Assembly (NCBI RefSeq): GCF_003704095.1
Contig: NW_020843837.1
Location: 186,001-250,000, forward strand
From: Pocillopora damicornis
Taxonomy: Eukaryota
Direction: 5' to 3'
Length of the DNA: 64,000 bases
In this document: piece by piece, positions 26,001 to 39,983 of the stretch
How positions within the stretch are numbered: position 1 is the stretch's first letter
Layout of the letters: the number at the start of each line of letters is the position of its first letter
Position numbers and translations under genes: made by a program
The notes under the pieces: generated by a model
Seen by the model: only the letters and a program-made list of their open reading frames with translations
Database searches by the model: none
What the model was told of the DNA's origin: nothing

Positions 26001-26906
26001 TGCGCTGTTCCCTGCTCCGGCGCTTCGTGTTTTAAAACCGCGTGCAGTAATCCGTGAAGCTTTCATGATATTTCAGAGTTCTTAAAGGTGGTTGTGCTCT
26101 TAATTCAAGCCTCTTAGTCTTGCTGTCAATTCTCAATTGTTTATGGATTTCATAGAACATTCCTTGAAAATGTGCAAATCTCTCTTAATAATATGGACCA
26201 TAGAAGTGCTTTAGTATTTAGTGCGACAAAACCGAGGTCATTACTATCGATGTTTACGGTTTTCAATTGATATTTTCTATTTTCAAAAGGGAAAAATTAA
26301 CGGGGATAGTTCGTAGGGATTAAACTTTAATAAGAGGAAGCCTCAAAGCGTTGAATGTAGTCTAAACATTGCATTTAAAAAGACATGAAACAAATTAACT
26401 ACACCTATTCATTCTCCCTTGCCTGGAGCATGCAACAAAGTTTTGAGATAACTGATCTTCTTTTACGAAGCGTTCTCCAGTGCAGGCTACTAACACTTAA
26501 AAAGAAAAGCGAGTCGCTTAGTCTGTATTTCTGGCCAGGAAGTGTTTCAGCCATCGCTTACATTTTATCAATTTTTTTTTCTTAACAATCATTTGCGTAG
26601 CAATGCAAGAGTGCTCTACGATACGTTCTTTTTCTTTCTTTTTTTTAGATCCTCTAAATTTTTTGTTTTAAGTGTCTCACTCATTACTTACAAAAAGTGG
26701 AGTTGCCTGGAAGAGTTGAATTCTACCGGCTCCTCCAGTTTGTTCACGACACATCTTCCATAGACACGATTCTTGTCATCGTGCGCGCACCAACACTGTG
26801 AAGAACACGAAGTCCAGCTGGAAAGATTCCTCATTTGCGTGATCTCTCCACGACAGTAACATCGGCAGAACGCAAAAAATGCCAGTAAAAGTAGAAATGT
26901 GTTCAT
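23015..26906 (-). CDS. LRR-containing class A GPCR (LGR / glycoprotein-hormone-receptor-like), about 637 aa; exons 26906-26692, 25599-25528, 25153-25082, 24569-23015
   Basis: Signal peptide plus Cys-rich LRR N-cap (CSSQCWC); two 72-nt phase-2 LRR exons (LSFADNGIRVIPREIFTNLHNLEFL, LSLSNNSIEIINEHAFKGLTNLRIL); 7TM with MALSD, LTVERY, ARKIAVLVSSNF and NSLANPFLY (compare GPHR NSCANPFLY). An acceptor just before the ATG implies an upstream 5'UTR exon. Confidence 0.9.
25834..25965 (+). repeat. Degenerate interspersed repeat (SINE-like) in GPCR intron 1
   Basis: GGAGGAAAACCAGAGAATCCGGGGGAAAACACCTCTGGAGCAAG resembles a common cnidarian repeat core (recognised from memory only). Confidence 0.45.
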
Positions 26907-29900
26907 CCTGTATCAAGAAAAAAAAATAACCAGATTTCTTTCTTTCTGTGTTTATCACATCACCTTTGGTGTCATATGGATGCACGATGAAAACGATCGT
27001 CAGTAATATAACTACACTTGATAGGTTAAAAAAAAAATACAACTCACAGTCATTCAGTGTTTTTTTTTCTTTTCAGCAAAATAAATGTGTTTGTCAGGGC
27101 AGTTTGTCCTTTAATCTTACAGTTTTTACCAAAAAAATCAGGACTCAAACCGTTTAAATCAGTGCTATTATTGTTCTGGGGTAGTCTGGTTATCGACGAA
27201 ACATTTCGATTCGTAATTTAAGTGTGTTTCATTTTAGGGATCACTGCCTATCGATTTTTGCCATCGGTTGTCAGTTACCTTGTCGAGTTTGCTTGCTACT
27301 CTCCAAGAAGAAAGAAATGAACTGTATTGCCTGTTTGCAAAGCAAGGTGTTCAAATGTCTGCTGTCTATTTTCGTAGGCATTGGACAATGCTTTAATGTA
27401 AACATATTGTTAATTTGCAAGGGGAAATATGTCCTGATTTATAAGCGTGACAAATATGATTTCCCCTTGCCAAGCTATGAACAAATTTGGCTTTTAACCG
27501 AAATAATAAGAGTTTTCCTTTAAAGGCGGAAACTAGCATTTTGTTTAAGAAAACTGTATTTAGGAAAGTAAGTTATTTTAAGCCTGCTTTTAAATATTTT
27601 TTGGTGTCGCCACCACATTTTCGCCATTTTCTAGTATTATAAATGTTAATTGTTTTGCGAATCCTTTACAGTCGCCAGCGATAGAAATCTGGATCCAGGA
27701 GCAATACAGGCGATTAATGCCGTGCTCATAATACAAAATGTAGGGGTTATTTTGACGGTGCAAAGTTTGTGTGCGAAGCAATTAACAACTTGTCAAAAAA
27801 AATACAACATCTTGATGGAGGTTTTTACCTATTTGAATGGAAGATCATCATCTGGTATCGAAATTGAATCGAAAAGATATCTTGATTCATTTAAGTTTCG
27901 CATTTCGTATATTATGCTAGGTGCGAGCGATGTTTCCGTGCTCAATAGTAAGATGAATAATGCATGAATTAAGGCTTCAGGAGATTACTTCATTATCATC
28001 AGAGGCTCTAGGAAAAGCATGGCACTCCCCTCTGTTTCAAAATTATCCGTATATAGGCGGAACAAATTAAAATTGCATGGTAGGTGGACTATTTTGGCAC
28101 AAAATTATCTTGTTCTGACAAAGTAAGGTTGTATTAGTCAAATATGCTTTTTGTATTTCGAGCATCAAGTGACAGGGATTTTATCATATTTAGATTTGCT
28201 TCCCTTCTGTTTCCTTCCTAATGGTAAATTTTGAAAAGGCTCTGCTCTACAGTTGAAAAATTGCCATTGCAAATATCCTGTCTGACTTGATTTTTTCCTC
28301 TACGTTCAAAGATCATTAAAAAAAAAAAAATTTACATCACGACATCTGCTTATCCTAAACCTGGAACTCTAAAGATCTAATGAGCAAAACTTGAAAGGAA
28401 ATCTAGATTAAAAACAGCTTGTAAAAGAGCCTTTTATATTCGACTGTCAATTGGAGCCTTAAAGGAAGAAAAGAGTAGCGAATAAAAAAGTTATGGAGCC
28501 TCAAGTGACCATATTTTCATCACTACTCTACAGGAAGATAAACGAAGTTCTTTCATGACCTGGCATCCTGTCTGTCGCTTTTTAATTAAAAACGAGTTTT
28601 TGAGGCGGCAGAAGGCTCTTGGAAGACAAATTCTGGGCTAAAATATAAATTTTTTGTTCGCGTTTAGTCCCAGCTGCTTACAAGCTGTTTAAAACTCGGT
28701 TACTATACATGAGTTTTTTTCACGCGTAGACGAAAGAAAAACTAATTTTTTGCTCCCTTAACCAGTCCGGTCAACTAATGGATACTGAACATCCGTGTTC
28801 CGACCTCAGAATTAGTTTACATTTGCAATTTTGTTTCTGAGTGAGTACTGAAAGCCTTATCAATTACATATCACACTTAAATGCTCAAAAGGAGAGCTTT
28901 CGACGCGCTCCCACAAGAAAATATATCAGCTATAAAGGAAAAAATGTTTAAGGTAACAGCGATAATATCCTGAAGATAAAAAAGCAAATTCGATCGTTTG
29001 GCATCTCAAACCTAAAGCCTCTTTTTGAGTGAACAATCATGATCGTTTTAATCAGGAGTTGAATCATAGCATTCAGTTGAATAGCTGAATTTAAATTGCA
29101 GCGGGGAAAGGTGACACTATTAGTAAGATAGCAAAGAGTTCAGGCGCAATTTTCGATTAAAAGGAATAAATCCCGATCGCTCTTTTCTACCTTAGATAAC
29201 TTCTGTTGTGCTTAGGAAGACTCACCTGCAGAAAAAATGATGCGAGGTCGAATATCTTTTAGTCAAAACTCAATATATCATTGGATTTTGTGGTTATCCT
29301 GCTTAAAAAATGATTATGAAGACGTTATGTCTCTGAGTTGTCTCACGGTTGCAGTTACTAATTCCCGATCCTTCGAGCACAAACTTAAGGGAATGATTTC
29401 ATTAAGAATGGCCTGGTCAGCTTTATCAATCTCTTTTACAGTGATAGCTCATTCCGGTCAAAACAATTAATCAAAGTTTTTATTTATTTCCTGTTGGGTG
29501 GATGTCTGAATTTATAAATTTTTTCGGTTTTACGACTAGAAGGAAGAGCCACCTGTAATGTTTAAATAGCTACCTATTGCAGCGAGGGGTAGTAAGAAGT
29601 TTTGTTTATCAGAGATTTAACGTTTTCCATGTTTCTCAACGATTTGTGGTTTTATTTCATTTTAAAATTTGAAAGAGGATATTTTATCGTCGAGGTTTCC
29701 TCCATACCTAACTTCACCATCGTAGTTATATATTCGAGCTTTGAGGCGTTTTTTTTTTATTATTTTCTTATGATATTTTTAGAGTGCGTCAGTAACGATA
29801 ACGTCGGCTCGTTTTTTTCCTTCAAAATATGGAACAAAATCAGTAGTAAGGTACCAGTTTACGCTGAAATAAATATGTGTTTTTAGAACATGCCTACTGC

Positions 29901-32900
29901 CTTTTCCTCTGTGGTTCTCTTTCTTGCTCAAATATATTTGACAAAGTCAAGCTTTATGAAATTTTGGATGATCTTCCTTTATTTTTTCATCAAAACAGGC
30001 CTAGACAAGCCCCTTTCATTTATTAAATGGCAATGTGAATGATAATATTTATTTACATAAGAAACTTTGCTGCTAGTTTCTCATCTCATTGTGGAGATAA
30101 AAATGATGGGAAAGCCATCTATTTGACTTGATTAAAGAGCATGAAATACTACGCTTGTTTAGTCGGGTGCTGTGTTGATGGTTACGAAGTATATATATAA
30201 AAAAAACGTTCTTTATTAGAATTTTTCATTATTGAGATTGTTTCCCTCACTCTATTACATGTTCACGCTTATCAAAGCGAAGCTGTAAGCGTCGTTTATT
30301 TCCGGCCAAGGAATAAGTCGCAAACATTATTGCAGGCTAGGCTACATATTNNNNNNNNNNNNNNNNNNNNNNNNNNNNNNNNNNNNNNNNNNNNNNNNNN
30401 NNNNNNNNNNNNNNNNNNNNNNNNNNNNNNNNNNNNNNNNNNNNNNNNNNNNNNNNNNNNNNNNNNNNNNNNNNTCCTAACTACACCCCGCAGGCTTAAG
30501 GAAGTTTACGACAATAATCGTGAAATAACTAAACTTCCTTTTTTTTTGTCAAACTTTGACATGTCCTCTCATTTAGGGTTCTCCATGTTCACGGCTTTGA
30601 ATTTATTTCCGCCATAGTTATTTTGGTTTCTCTCCTTTTTTTTCTCATTTGAGGAAAACTTTTAATCCAATGTTATAAGCCCTTCAATTTGTCGAATTGA
30701 TTAATAAACGTAAGTTTTTTTTTTCCTTAAAACATAAATCCTCGGAACTAATAAGTATCGCACAAATGACAGAGCGGAGTCTCATCCGGGATAGCTTCAC
30801 AATCACGACAGGATTTCGTCGGACTTCGGAAAGGCCACTTACAACAATTTGCATCACATCAGTTGAAACACGAGGGCAAGAATCTTTTAAACGTTTTTTG
30901 TAATCTTGATTTTTTTTCTCTTTTTCAGCATTCGTTTTCTTGTAAGTCCACCAGAACATGAAAACTCCTGTACGTGAAGCTTTCATATTGGAAGGAGGGT
31001 TTTTTCCCTTGGAAGTTTTCCAAAAGCATAGACATAAGCGAAGGTGAAGTGCGCAATTGTCGTGGATTACTCCCCAACGAAAAACCCAAGGAAGTCTGGC
31101 GACTTTACTTCATTACTCTCAGATGGCTCTGAAATGCCATTACAGTTTGCCAGAAAGCAGTATCATGGATCAAGAAATGGGAGAACGCTAGCTATGAATA
31201 AGTCTCTACCTTTAAAAGAAAATAAAGGGGCTCTCTCTTTGTGAGAATGATTTAGATTAATGTTAGAAGATCAAAACACATATACAATGCACCCCTATAT
31301 CTTTGATGGTGTACGGGCATTACCTCCCAAGTTCTCACAATGGAATTCGCCGAGTGAGTCAGACGAAATGTGTGAGGAAACTAATACCTGGAGTTGAATC
31401 TTGACAGCTGGTGGCCAGGCAAAACGCAATCGTTAAAAGAGGTTTTGTTTTCGAAGTTTTTCACTTTCTATTTTAGGTTGTACAAATTTTTAAAAGGCAA
31501 AGAGCAGAACTCTATCAGACAAACTGTTTTGACCACAATATATGCTTTCCGTCAACAGATAGGTGGACACACTTTCACTGATCTAAGAGGTTCCCGAAGG
31601 CACGAAGATCCGTATGTGCGTAAACGCTCGCGACACGCGTACATCTGCCCTGCATAAGGATGTGAAGATTGAAAAATTGATATTAGAATTTCCCGTCCTA
31701 AGAGGTTAGGGCTTGCCCTTTGCTTGGAACTTTTTCTGAACATTTTTCTAAATATGTTTTTCTTCCACGACCACCACCACTTTGTGAATATCCATTTTCT
31801 TTCACGGTCAAATATTTTAAGAATTTCTTTCTTAAGCGAACTCGGCCATGTGACTTACCTTTTGCTACCTTAGAGATGGCACATGTGAGGAAGTTATTGT
31901 TTGGGAAGTTATAAACGCCTCGAATGAAGTAATTACGGAATATTTCATTTCAATATTTCATTTTAAGACTCCAATTTTGAATTGCAAAGCGTTGTGGATA
32001 CGCAAAATTGCCATTTCGCGTGTTAAACTGTCTAAAATCGCCCCAAAGGTATGAGGAGAACTTTGTTGCGACAGCCGAGTGAATTACCCGAGACGCTTTT
32101 CAGTGAGGTGCCCAAGCGTGTATGGTCCATGATATGCCCATGAACAAAAGAACAAGAGGTAACATTACGTAATATTTCAGATATTTGTTGCTTATTAACC
32201 CGCATCTACAAAGAGAAAGGTCAGTGTATTCTTCCATCAATGTTGTAACCTGGCGATCCCTTTTCAGTGGGGGTGATTTCGCGAAAATCAATGATGCGTC
32301 TTATGACAGAATGGAGGCTATCATCAACCACAGCATTTGATGGAAAATTAGCTGTTTTCCCGTAAATTTAATAAGTTTTTGGGAGCCGAGGATAGATGCA
32401 AACGAACTAGAAAAGTTATTTTTAAGTTTTATTTAATCAAATAAAAACAATAAACTACGTGTACACTCTTACGCGCAAAGTGACACTGTTATAACCACCG
32501 TTATGGGATTGTTTTGACACCAAAGTGAGCTTAAAAAATAAAATTAAAAGTGCAAAATTTTGTCTGAAAATAATCAAAAGCGCTACTTGAAGCCTACGAA
32601 TAACTGTAAAATAACATCTCTTTAGAATTGGCTTATTCAACCGTCAAAAAGCTTCTTTGTTACCAATGATGCATCCCTGGGCGAATTTTGTAAACAAGAA
32701 TTGAGATGAAAGGTTCTTGATTCGCAGAGGAGATATTGGACGAAATTGCTTTACGCCACGAGTCGCAAACTAGCATCAGCTTGGGTGTTGTATACTTTCG
32801 ACCACTCATTGCGGAACTTAAAGAATTTCGAAAAAAGTGTAACTTAAATCTTGGGGTTAAAATCCGAAAACTTGCTTAGGGTTAAAAAGAGTGTACACCG

Positions 32901-35900
32901 TAAAACAATGAAACATTTTCTTTCGTCCTAAACGTGCAGCCAAAATGGCAATTATTAAATTTCTACGCGCAAAACGCAAATTAGCTTCTACTTTTTCACT
33001 TACTTGAAAATACAATAGAAAAAATGTGCTAACGTTTCTTCATTTTCTCGTTGTTGGAGTAAAAAAAAAGAAAAAATTAAGAAATCCAATACGAAACTTA
33101 GATCCTACCTCATACATGCAGGTGTCTAGTTGCTATTCCTTCACCATTCGTTTCCGCCAACCGCTCAAAATATTTTTTCGATTCTCACTTGCGCTGAAAC
33201 TGTAGAGGGAATGACAAACATTAAACGTAATAATGACCGACACCGCGGTACATATTTTATATTCCGTCACAGCTATCGAGGTTTTGCCCTCATTGCGTAT
33301 TTTTTTAGATTTCTCGCTGTAAATGGTGAAAAATATTTTTACATATCTTGGTAAATACCACCTTGAGATACATTTAAACAGGAGAACCTCCTTTGTGACT
33401 TTTGGAGTATTACCGAGTACCTGGTAACAAGCGTTCAAATTGCAGATTACCTTAACAGGCTAGCGAAAAAAATTCATGTGAAATTCAAATTGAGAAAAGA
33501 TCATTTCAGTTTAAGTCATATCAGCAGCTGTAGTACGGGTCGGCTTATTTTATCTTGTTTTATGACAGGATATTAAGTTTTTGCAAACGCAATTTGGTTA
33601 TTCACGTTACGTAAGTGACAAAAGGGCTATTTTTCACTGAAGACATCACTTGCGTTTCTCTCTTTCACTCTATTTAAGGGAAAAGGGATAAAAATGAAAG
33701 CTTGAGCACTAAAAAAATTATGTCGTTAAATTTTGAGCAATCAAACTCATGACGAAAATAAAGGAAAAATAGAAGAATTAAAAAAAAACTCGATCGTTTT
33801 CTTCATGCCACGCGCCATCAATGATCCAAGTTCAATAGAATATTCCTAATTTCAGTTTAACATTGATATCCAAATATCTTGTTACCTTCCAGATCTTTAC
33901 TAAATGATAGCCTTGCGATTTAGGATTTTTTTACTGATCGACATTTTTGTTGATACTTCTGAATCAAATAATGGTAATTGTGAAAACATAGGTATCTTGT
34001 TTAGTGAAATAAATGAGCAAATACGAAAGCCAAATTTAACGGATGTTGAACAAGTTTATCTGGCTTTTTCATTGCGTCCATAATTGAGGAGACTCTTAAA
34101 AACACATTACAGTGAGTTTTAAAACATCTATAGTGCATGATGTGTCACCGAAAAATGGTCTTCATTACACAAAGTATTTGTGACTACTTAAAATGTCGGT
34201 ACTGACTATTCTCAATAACGCATTTAACGAGTAAGTCTCATTAATATCCATGCATGGCTAAACAATGTTTCAGAAAAGAAACATTTTCTTTCTTGATGTA
34301 AATGAGCATAAATAAAGCTCTTGCAACATAAGTTTCAAAATTCATCCCTTTTTATAAAAGTGTTTGAATGACTATGTGGAACGTGTCATTTTCGTGATAG
34401 TTCTTCTAGATTTGATTCCGTATAAACTCGAAAGAGAACTACAATGAAGAAAAACCAAAACGCCCAAGGATAATGGTCGAAAAAACAATGCCTGCACGCA
34501 TAATTTGATATAATTCACATAAACAAAACATACTTCTCTTTCTTATGCGGCAGCTAGTCGTCGCTTTGGGAAAATAATCAAGGTGAAGATAGGTTATCTA
34601 TCTGACGCGAAATCTGTTGGTGAAAAGCTGACTTTGTTTTTTCAAAGTTCTGAATCTTTTCTCTTATTTTGGACAAAGTAATGAAACATGGCGGAAACAT
34701 ACAAGGTATACCTAATCAAAATAAAGTAAAATCTTAGAATAAATTTTAAGCGTAATTTTTTTTTTACCGTGCCTGCGGTAAAGTAAGAATGTAAGATGAG
34801 ATACAACAAATTTTAAATGAAAAAATTTACCTTGATTTTAACCGTGGTTCTCCGCAGTACGTCGTTTATGAGTATCACCTGGTTTTGTTTGGACTGAGTC
34901 AAGTTACAAGATGTTATCTCTCTTATATGGAGAATGTCGAATTCATGTAGAGGTAGATAATTGATCTAAGACAGGAAATAATTACTCTCTATAGGTAGCT
35001 GCAATTTCACCAAAAAATTGAATCGGAGGAGGCGTTTAAGAGAGAAGGCCAAGAAGATTCTGGTAATGCTACGCTGGGGTTCACAAATGTGGAGTTAAGT
35101 AAACATCCGAAAATACCGCGGAAACGTCATCGATCGTCAAATCTTGTGACGTAAGAAGCACTTTTATTATAGATGTAAGACCAGGGTGCATTTTAAGTAT
35201 AGAAAAGGTACCTGGTGACATGTATTAAGCGTTTTTCGAACACTTATTCGTGAAAAGAAATAACTAGAAATGGGAACAGTATGAAAACATTAGGCTGTAC
35301 TATTGGCTGTCAACGTCAATGATACGTAGGAGGTATTGCCAAATATGGTTGATGTAAGGAGCCCTTACTGTTTCGATAAGTTTTTAGGAAGTTCTTTTCA
35401 TCACTTTCTCGATGTCAAGCTAACTATAAAATTACGCCCACTCTAAGCCAAGCTTGTTCCTGTTATTTTAACTCCCGTCTGCGACGTCTTCTGGAAAGAT
35501 GTAAGCCCTTTCAGGTCTGGTATGTCTTATGGTGAGTTTTTTACCGCTGAAAACGAAGCCTAACTTGGACTGAATTTATCCTGTTTATCATACATGAGGA
35601 GGTTCTGGTAACATAATGTCGTGCTTGTATCTGGTCCATGTCCAGGCTTTCAAATTCCTCTCTATCCTCTATTAGATTAAATTTTGATCCTATATAGATC
35701 CTACTCATTGCAGATAAACTCTCCTTCTACAAATTTCTTCAACTAAAATTGCGAATGGTTAAAAGATACATGCCACTTGGATAAACAATGGTTTTGTTCT
35801 TGTTCTTCGTCTTTACACCCGGAAATGTTAGCCTCTTCCGAAAGAGGATTTACTTTCATGTTATTCAAGAGGTAGGAAAACGACAGTTCGGTCACATCAT

Positions 35901-36797
35901 TTGTTTTAGTCACACAACGAAAACACAATCGTATAAATTAAAGGTGACTTCTGTAACTAAAAGCTTAGCAGACCTTAGCGGTCTCCAAAATTCTGTTTTA
36001 GATGCCACATTTCCTGCAATTTTCCCTCGTGCTTTCGATCATTATATCGGAGAGATCACTATCAAAACTTCCGTGGTTGGCGTGACCTTTACAAGTAATT
36101 TAAAGTTATTGCTGATTACCATAATCAGGATTTCCAGAAGTCACGCTAAACAAAGACGAAATGATGTCAGACAGTTTCCGTTCACATGACTTGGTTTCAT
36201 CTTCCATAACGATAAGGTTTTAATTCGCAATACTACCAATTCCTCTATCACCATCAACCAAAGGCTTCCATATCGTAACAAAGCGTCGAAATGGCTGAAA
36301 ATGTCTTTATTTTATGTAAAGCTGCTTTACTGATTCTGAGTGTTATAGTCTGAGAGGTTTAATTGGCAAGAGTGGCATCTTTGATAAGGTGAGTTGACTT
36401 TCACAAGTGAATGTATTGTGGAGGTTGTTGGTAAATTACGTATAAATGAGAGAAAGAATTGGGTTGCACTTTAAAAAAAACTGAAAAAGCTTCGATTGGT
36501 TTATTGCTGAAGTACAAAGAAAAAAAATGAATTACTGAACTGATTTGTGTTTGCATGTGGTCCAGAACCATATATTTGTCTTGGTATCATATATCAACGG
36601 GTCTTTACTTGTACCACTAACTTGCGATCGTGTGGAAGCATTTGTAAATGCCTTTGAAGACAAGAAGCGATGTTTATAAGTGAGTGTATTCATATCAGTT
36701 CGCTTAAAAAAAACTCGTTTCCAGAAATGAGCGAGGAATATTCCTCTCATCGAAGATCCATTAAAAGAAAGTGTCTTTTTTCTCTGTCTGGGCGGTA

Positions 36798-37009
36798 TTA
36801 ACCCTTTACACCCTAATATCAGTATAAATATTCTCCATACTGTTCTCTATACACTCCCAAAGCGGCCAACAATGAGAATTTGTTTAACAATCAAGAGCTG
36901 CTCAAGTTGGTAATCATCTTCTCTTTCCTCATGACTTTCACGTTTGATTAAGAGCTGGCATAGTAAGGAGAAATTAGATGCTTATCACTCTTAGGGGCTA
37001 AAGGATTAA
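36798..37009 (-). mobile_element. piggyBac-like MITE family A
   Basis: TTAA-CCCTTTA ... TAAAGGA-TTAA; reverse-complement homologue of 6541-6738. Confidence 0.75.
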
Positions 37010-37989
37010 CCTGTTTTGGTACCCGACCGGTGTGCAGTTGGCAGTTTTCATTCTTCATCATACTGACCTCGTGAAGAACTTTTCATCGACTTCTCCGAAT
37101 GACTCGAGTCTGATGGAGGCTCTTAAATTTCACTGCCACACCGTGGTAAAAACGAAGATCTAAGGCACTAAAAGCCTAAATTCAAGATATCAAGGTTTTG
37201 GAGAATATTGAACAATCAACAATCTGCCTCAGTTTTGGGTCTGTGCGTGTTTCCGTTAATAAATCAGACGTCAAAATTTTAATAGAAATAAGACTTTTCT
37301 GTCAGATCTCATAAAAAATGGATGACCTTTAAAATTAGGTTCGATTACCAGCCACTGTTGGGGAAATGAGCCTGCGTTCAGCCCCAAAGGTTCCTCCTCT
37401 GGAAGATCGAAGACCGGACACGTGAAAACGGTGGAAATCGAGCCTGTTAAATGGGGCCGGGTCGTATAAGAGCGAATTCAAATATATTTCTAATTTTTCA
37501 GGCGTCAAAACTTGGCAAACTTTCCGCATTTTCCAAATTTTGGCGGCGGTCGCATCAAGCTAGTGTTCTCTGACCAAACCTTCGCTGATTGATTCATAAG
37601 TCAATCACAAACCCATCTCGTTGAATCAGTACAACGCAGGAACGGACATGTTTTGCGCTGATCTTTTGCGTTTTGGTTGACGTTTGCGCTATTTGTCCTG
37701 GCTTCGATAATTGCGATGGAAAGAGGGCTAGCTAAAATTTTACGTTGAAGTTATCCATTTTCCAAATTGCTACAAGTCACAAGCATTTGAATAGAAGCGG
37801 TGCCCAAATGCCTCGTTTCCTCCGAAAGAGAAAGGGTCAAATGGATAAGGAAAGTCCTGCCATCGCGCGCCAAACTAGACTAGCTTACTAAATATTTTTC
37901 CCACTGAAATTTTATACCGACACGTCTTGCACAACATGACAGCTAAGCGGTTAAAAAAACATGATTGTTTGTTTTTCCAAAATTTGGTG

Positions 37990-38226
37990 GCCTCCCAGGT
38001 AGGACATCGGGTCCTTGAAGTTTGGCGAAAATTTGGTGATCCGCAATAATTTGGCAAGGTTTTCAAATTGGGGGTCGCACTCATTTTACGCTACTTGTTG
38101 ACAGATTTTTCACCTTAACAAAAAAATAAAAAAGCCTTAGCACGACCAGGGCCTTAGGGGCCTAAAAAAATATGGTACTATTTGCTGATTACTTTGGGAA
38201 AGACGGACGGCTTTTATTTTGCCCCA
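37990..38226 (+). repeat. Direct repeat, copy 1 (copy 2 = 39718-39892 plus 40279-40328)
   Basis: Shared GCCTCCCAGG..AATTTGGTGATCCGCA..CAAATTGGGGGTCGCACTCATTTTACGCTAC..AAAAAAATATGG followed by TACTATTTGCTGATTA..TTTGCCCCA. Confidence 0.85.
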
Positions 38227-38436
38227 AACCCTTTTACTCCCAAGATCTAATTTGTAATTCTCCTTACTGTCTGCCATTTAATTCTTATGATGTTAGCTAG
38301 AAGAATTTGGTTTTGGATCAACCAATAATCCCCTAATTGATATGTTTCTCTATTCTCATCACTTGGCTGCTTGATATTGTATTGATATTGTTAGGAGAAA
38401 TTCTGTCTTGGTCATTCCTGGGAGTTAAAAGGTTAA
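38226..38436 (+). mobile_element. piggyBac-like MITE family B
   Basis: Homologous to 20628-20837; ends AAAAGG-TTAA. Confidence 0.75.
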
Positions 38437-39154
38437 ATAGATGGGTTACTAAAGTATAACAATACGAGTAGCCTATTTCCCGCGAAAAGATAGTCTAAAA
38501 ATATACCGGTCGTGAAAATGCCGTGACATCAGGTCGATCTAGGCCAGTGTGGGAGTTGAACGCTCCAAGTAATGGGCTCCTGGTACAAGTCGTGGGTCGT
38601 GGGTGTGGGTACAAGTCGTGTCCGTAATAGTTAACAATTAATGGTTATAGTTCATATTTATCAATAATATTATTAATAGTACTTCTACTAATAATTAATT
38701 ATTGCTATTGTAGAGGGGAACGGTTTTTTTTTTCGTGAAACGTGACTTGGTTACATAGCCGTGAACGGTGAATCGCCTTTTTTTCTGGAAATTGCGAGAC
38801 GACTGGTTTTTGTTTTTGCGAAACGTGACTTGAACTGTTATTGTTCCTCTTCCTTCAAAAAAACTATCCAGTAAGCGTCTCAAAACAAGATCACGTGTAG
38901 AAACATGACTGTGATTAGCTAATCATCATTCTGGGCCCAAGGTCTTTTTATTCCAACAGGTAATTAAACACCTTTTATCTTCGTATCATGAAATGACCAT
39001 TTCATATTGCGTGAAACGTGAATGGCCCTGAAAAGTGATCTAGGACCCCCCCCCCTCCTTTACCACCTCAATTATGGTCTAAGTTGACTTAATTAACATG
39101 ACGTAATGTATACAAATTAAACAACCCTTCTCCAACTGTCAGGAACCAGTAATA

Positions 39155-39217
39155 GGCTCCTGGCTCCTGGCTCCTGGCTCCTGGCTCCTGGCTCCTGGCT
39201 CCTGGCTCCTGGCTCCT
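39155..39217 (+). repeat. (GGCTCCT)9 tandem repeat
   Basis: Read directly. Confidence 0.97.
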
Positions 39218-39444
39218 GTCAACTGTAAAATATTATTGTTTATTCCAATATCATCTCATCAGCTCAGTAAGACTACTATTTCATTGATTCACCTACATAT
39301 AAGTAATACATAATTTATTAAACCAATTTTTACCAAAAAATCTATACTTAACAATAATTAATTATTAGTAGTAGTACTATTTATATTATCATTATTAAAC
39401 ATAACTATCAACCATTAATTGTTAACTATTACCGACACGACTTA

Positions 39445-39672
39445 TACCCACACCTACACCCACACCCACACCCACACCCACCCCTACACCCACACCTACA
39501 CCCACACCCACAACCACACCCACACCTACATCCACACCTACACCCACACCTACACCCACACCTACACCCACACCTACACCCACACCTACACCCACACCTA
39601 CACCCACACCTACACCCACACCTACACCCACACCTACACCCACACCTACACCCACACCTACACCCACACCCA
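39445..39672 (+). repeat. (ACACCC/ACACCT)n hexamer microsatellite
   Basis: Read directly; it generates the THTY, GVGV and CGCR spurious ORFs. Confidence 0.97.
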
Positions 39673-39919
39673 CGACCCACTACTTGTACCCACGACCCAA
39701 GACCATTAGTCAAACTCGCCTCCCAGGCAGGACAACAGTTTGGCGAGAATTTGGTGATCCGCAAAAATTTGGCAAGTTTTTCAAATTGGGGGTCGCACTC
39801 ATTTTACGCTACTTTGTTGACAGATTTTTCACCTAAAAGAGAAAAAAAAAGCTTTAGTGCGACCCGGCCCTTAGGAGCTCAAAAAAATATGGGGACAGAA
39901 AAGTAGGGTAATCGTCTGG

Positions 39920-39983
39920 GGCAGGTTGCTTGAAAGGCAGGTTGCTTGAAAGGCAGGTTGCTTGAAAGGCAGGTTGCTTGAAA
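39920..39983 (+). repeat. (GGCAGGTTGCTTGAAA)4 perfect 16-mer tandem
   Basis: Read directly. Confidence 0.95.

Larger units (their letters stand above)
38570..39708. mobile_element. Foldback / non-autonomous DNA element with long TIRs and satellite expansion
   Basis: Left arm 38570-38705 is the reverse complement of right arm 39352-39708 (AGTCGTGTCCGTAATAGTTAACAATTAATGGTT versus AACCATTAATTGTTAACTATTACCGACACGACT); the ends are TAATGG and CCATTA. Confidence 0.8.

Noticed and set aside
30680-36200. Short ORFs (30684, 31044, 31394, 33133, 35788)
   Set aside because: No recognisable motifs or consistent splice phases; treated as intergenic sequence or UTR introns.
39419-39764. His/Thr-rich, Gly-Val and metallothionein-like CGCR ORFs
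   Set aside because: They are translations of a hexamer microsatellite inside a TIR.
39920-39983. CRISPR-like array (also 53807-54350)
   Set aside because: Head-to-tail repeats with no unique spacers, no cas genes, eukaryotic context.
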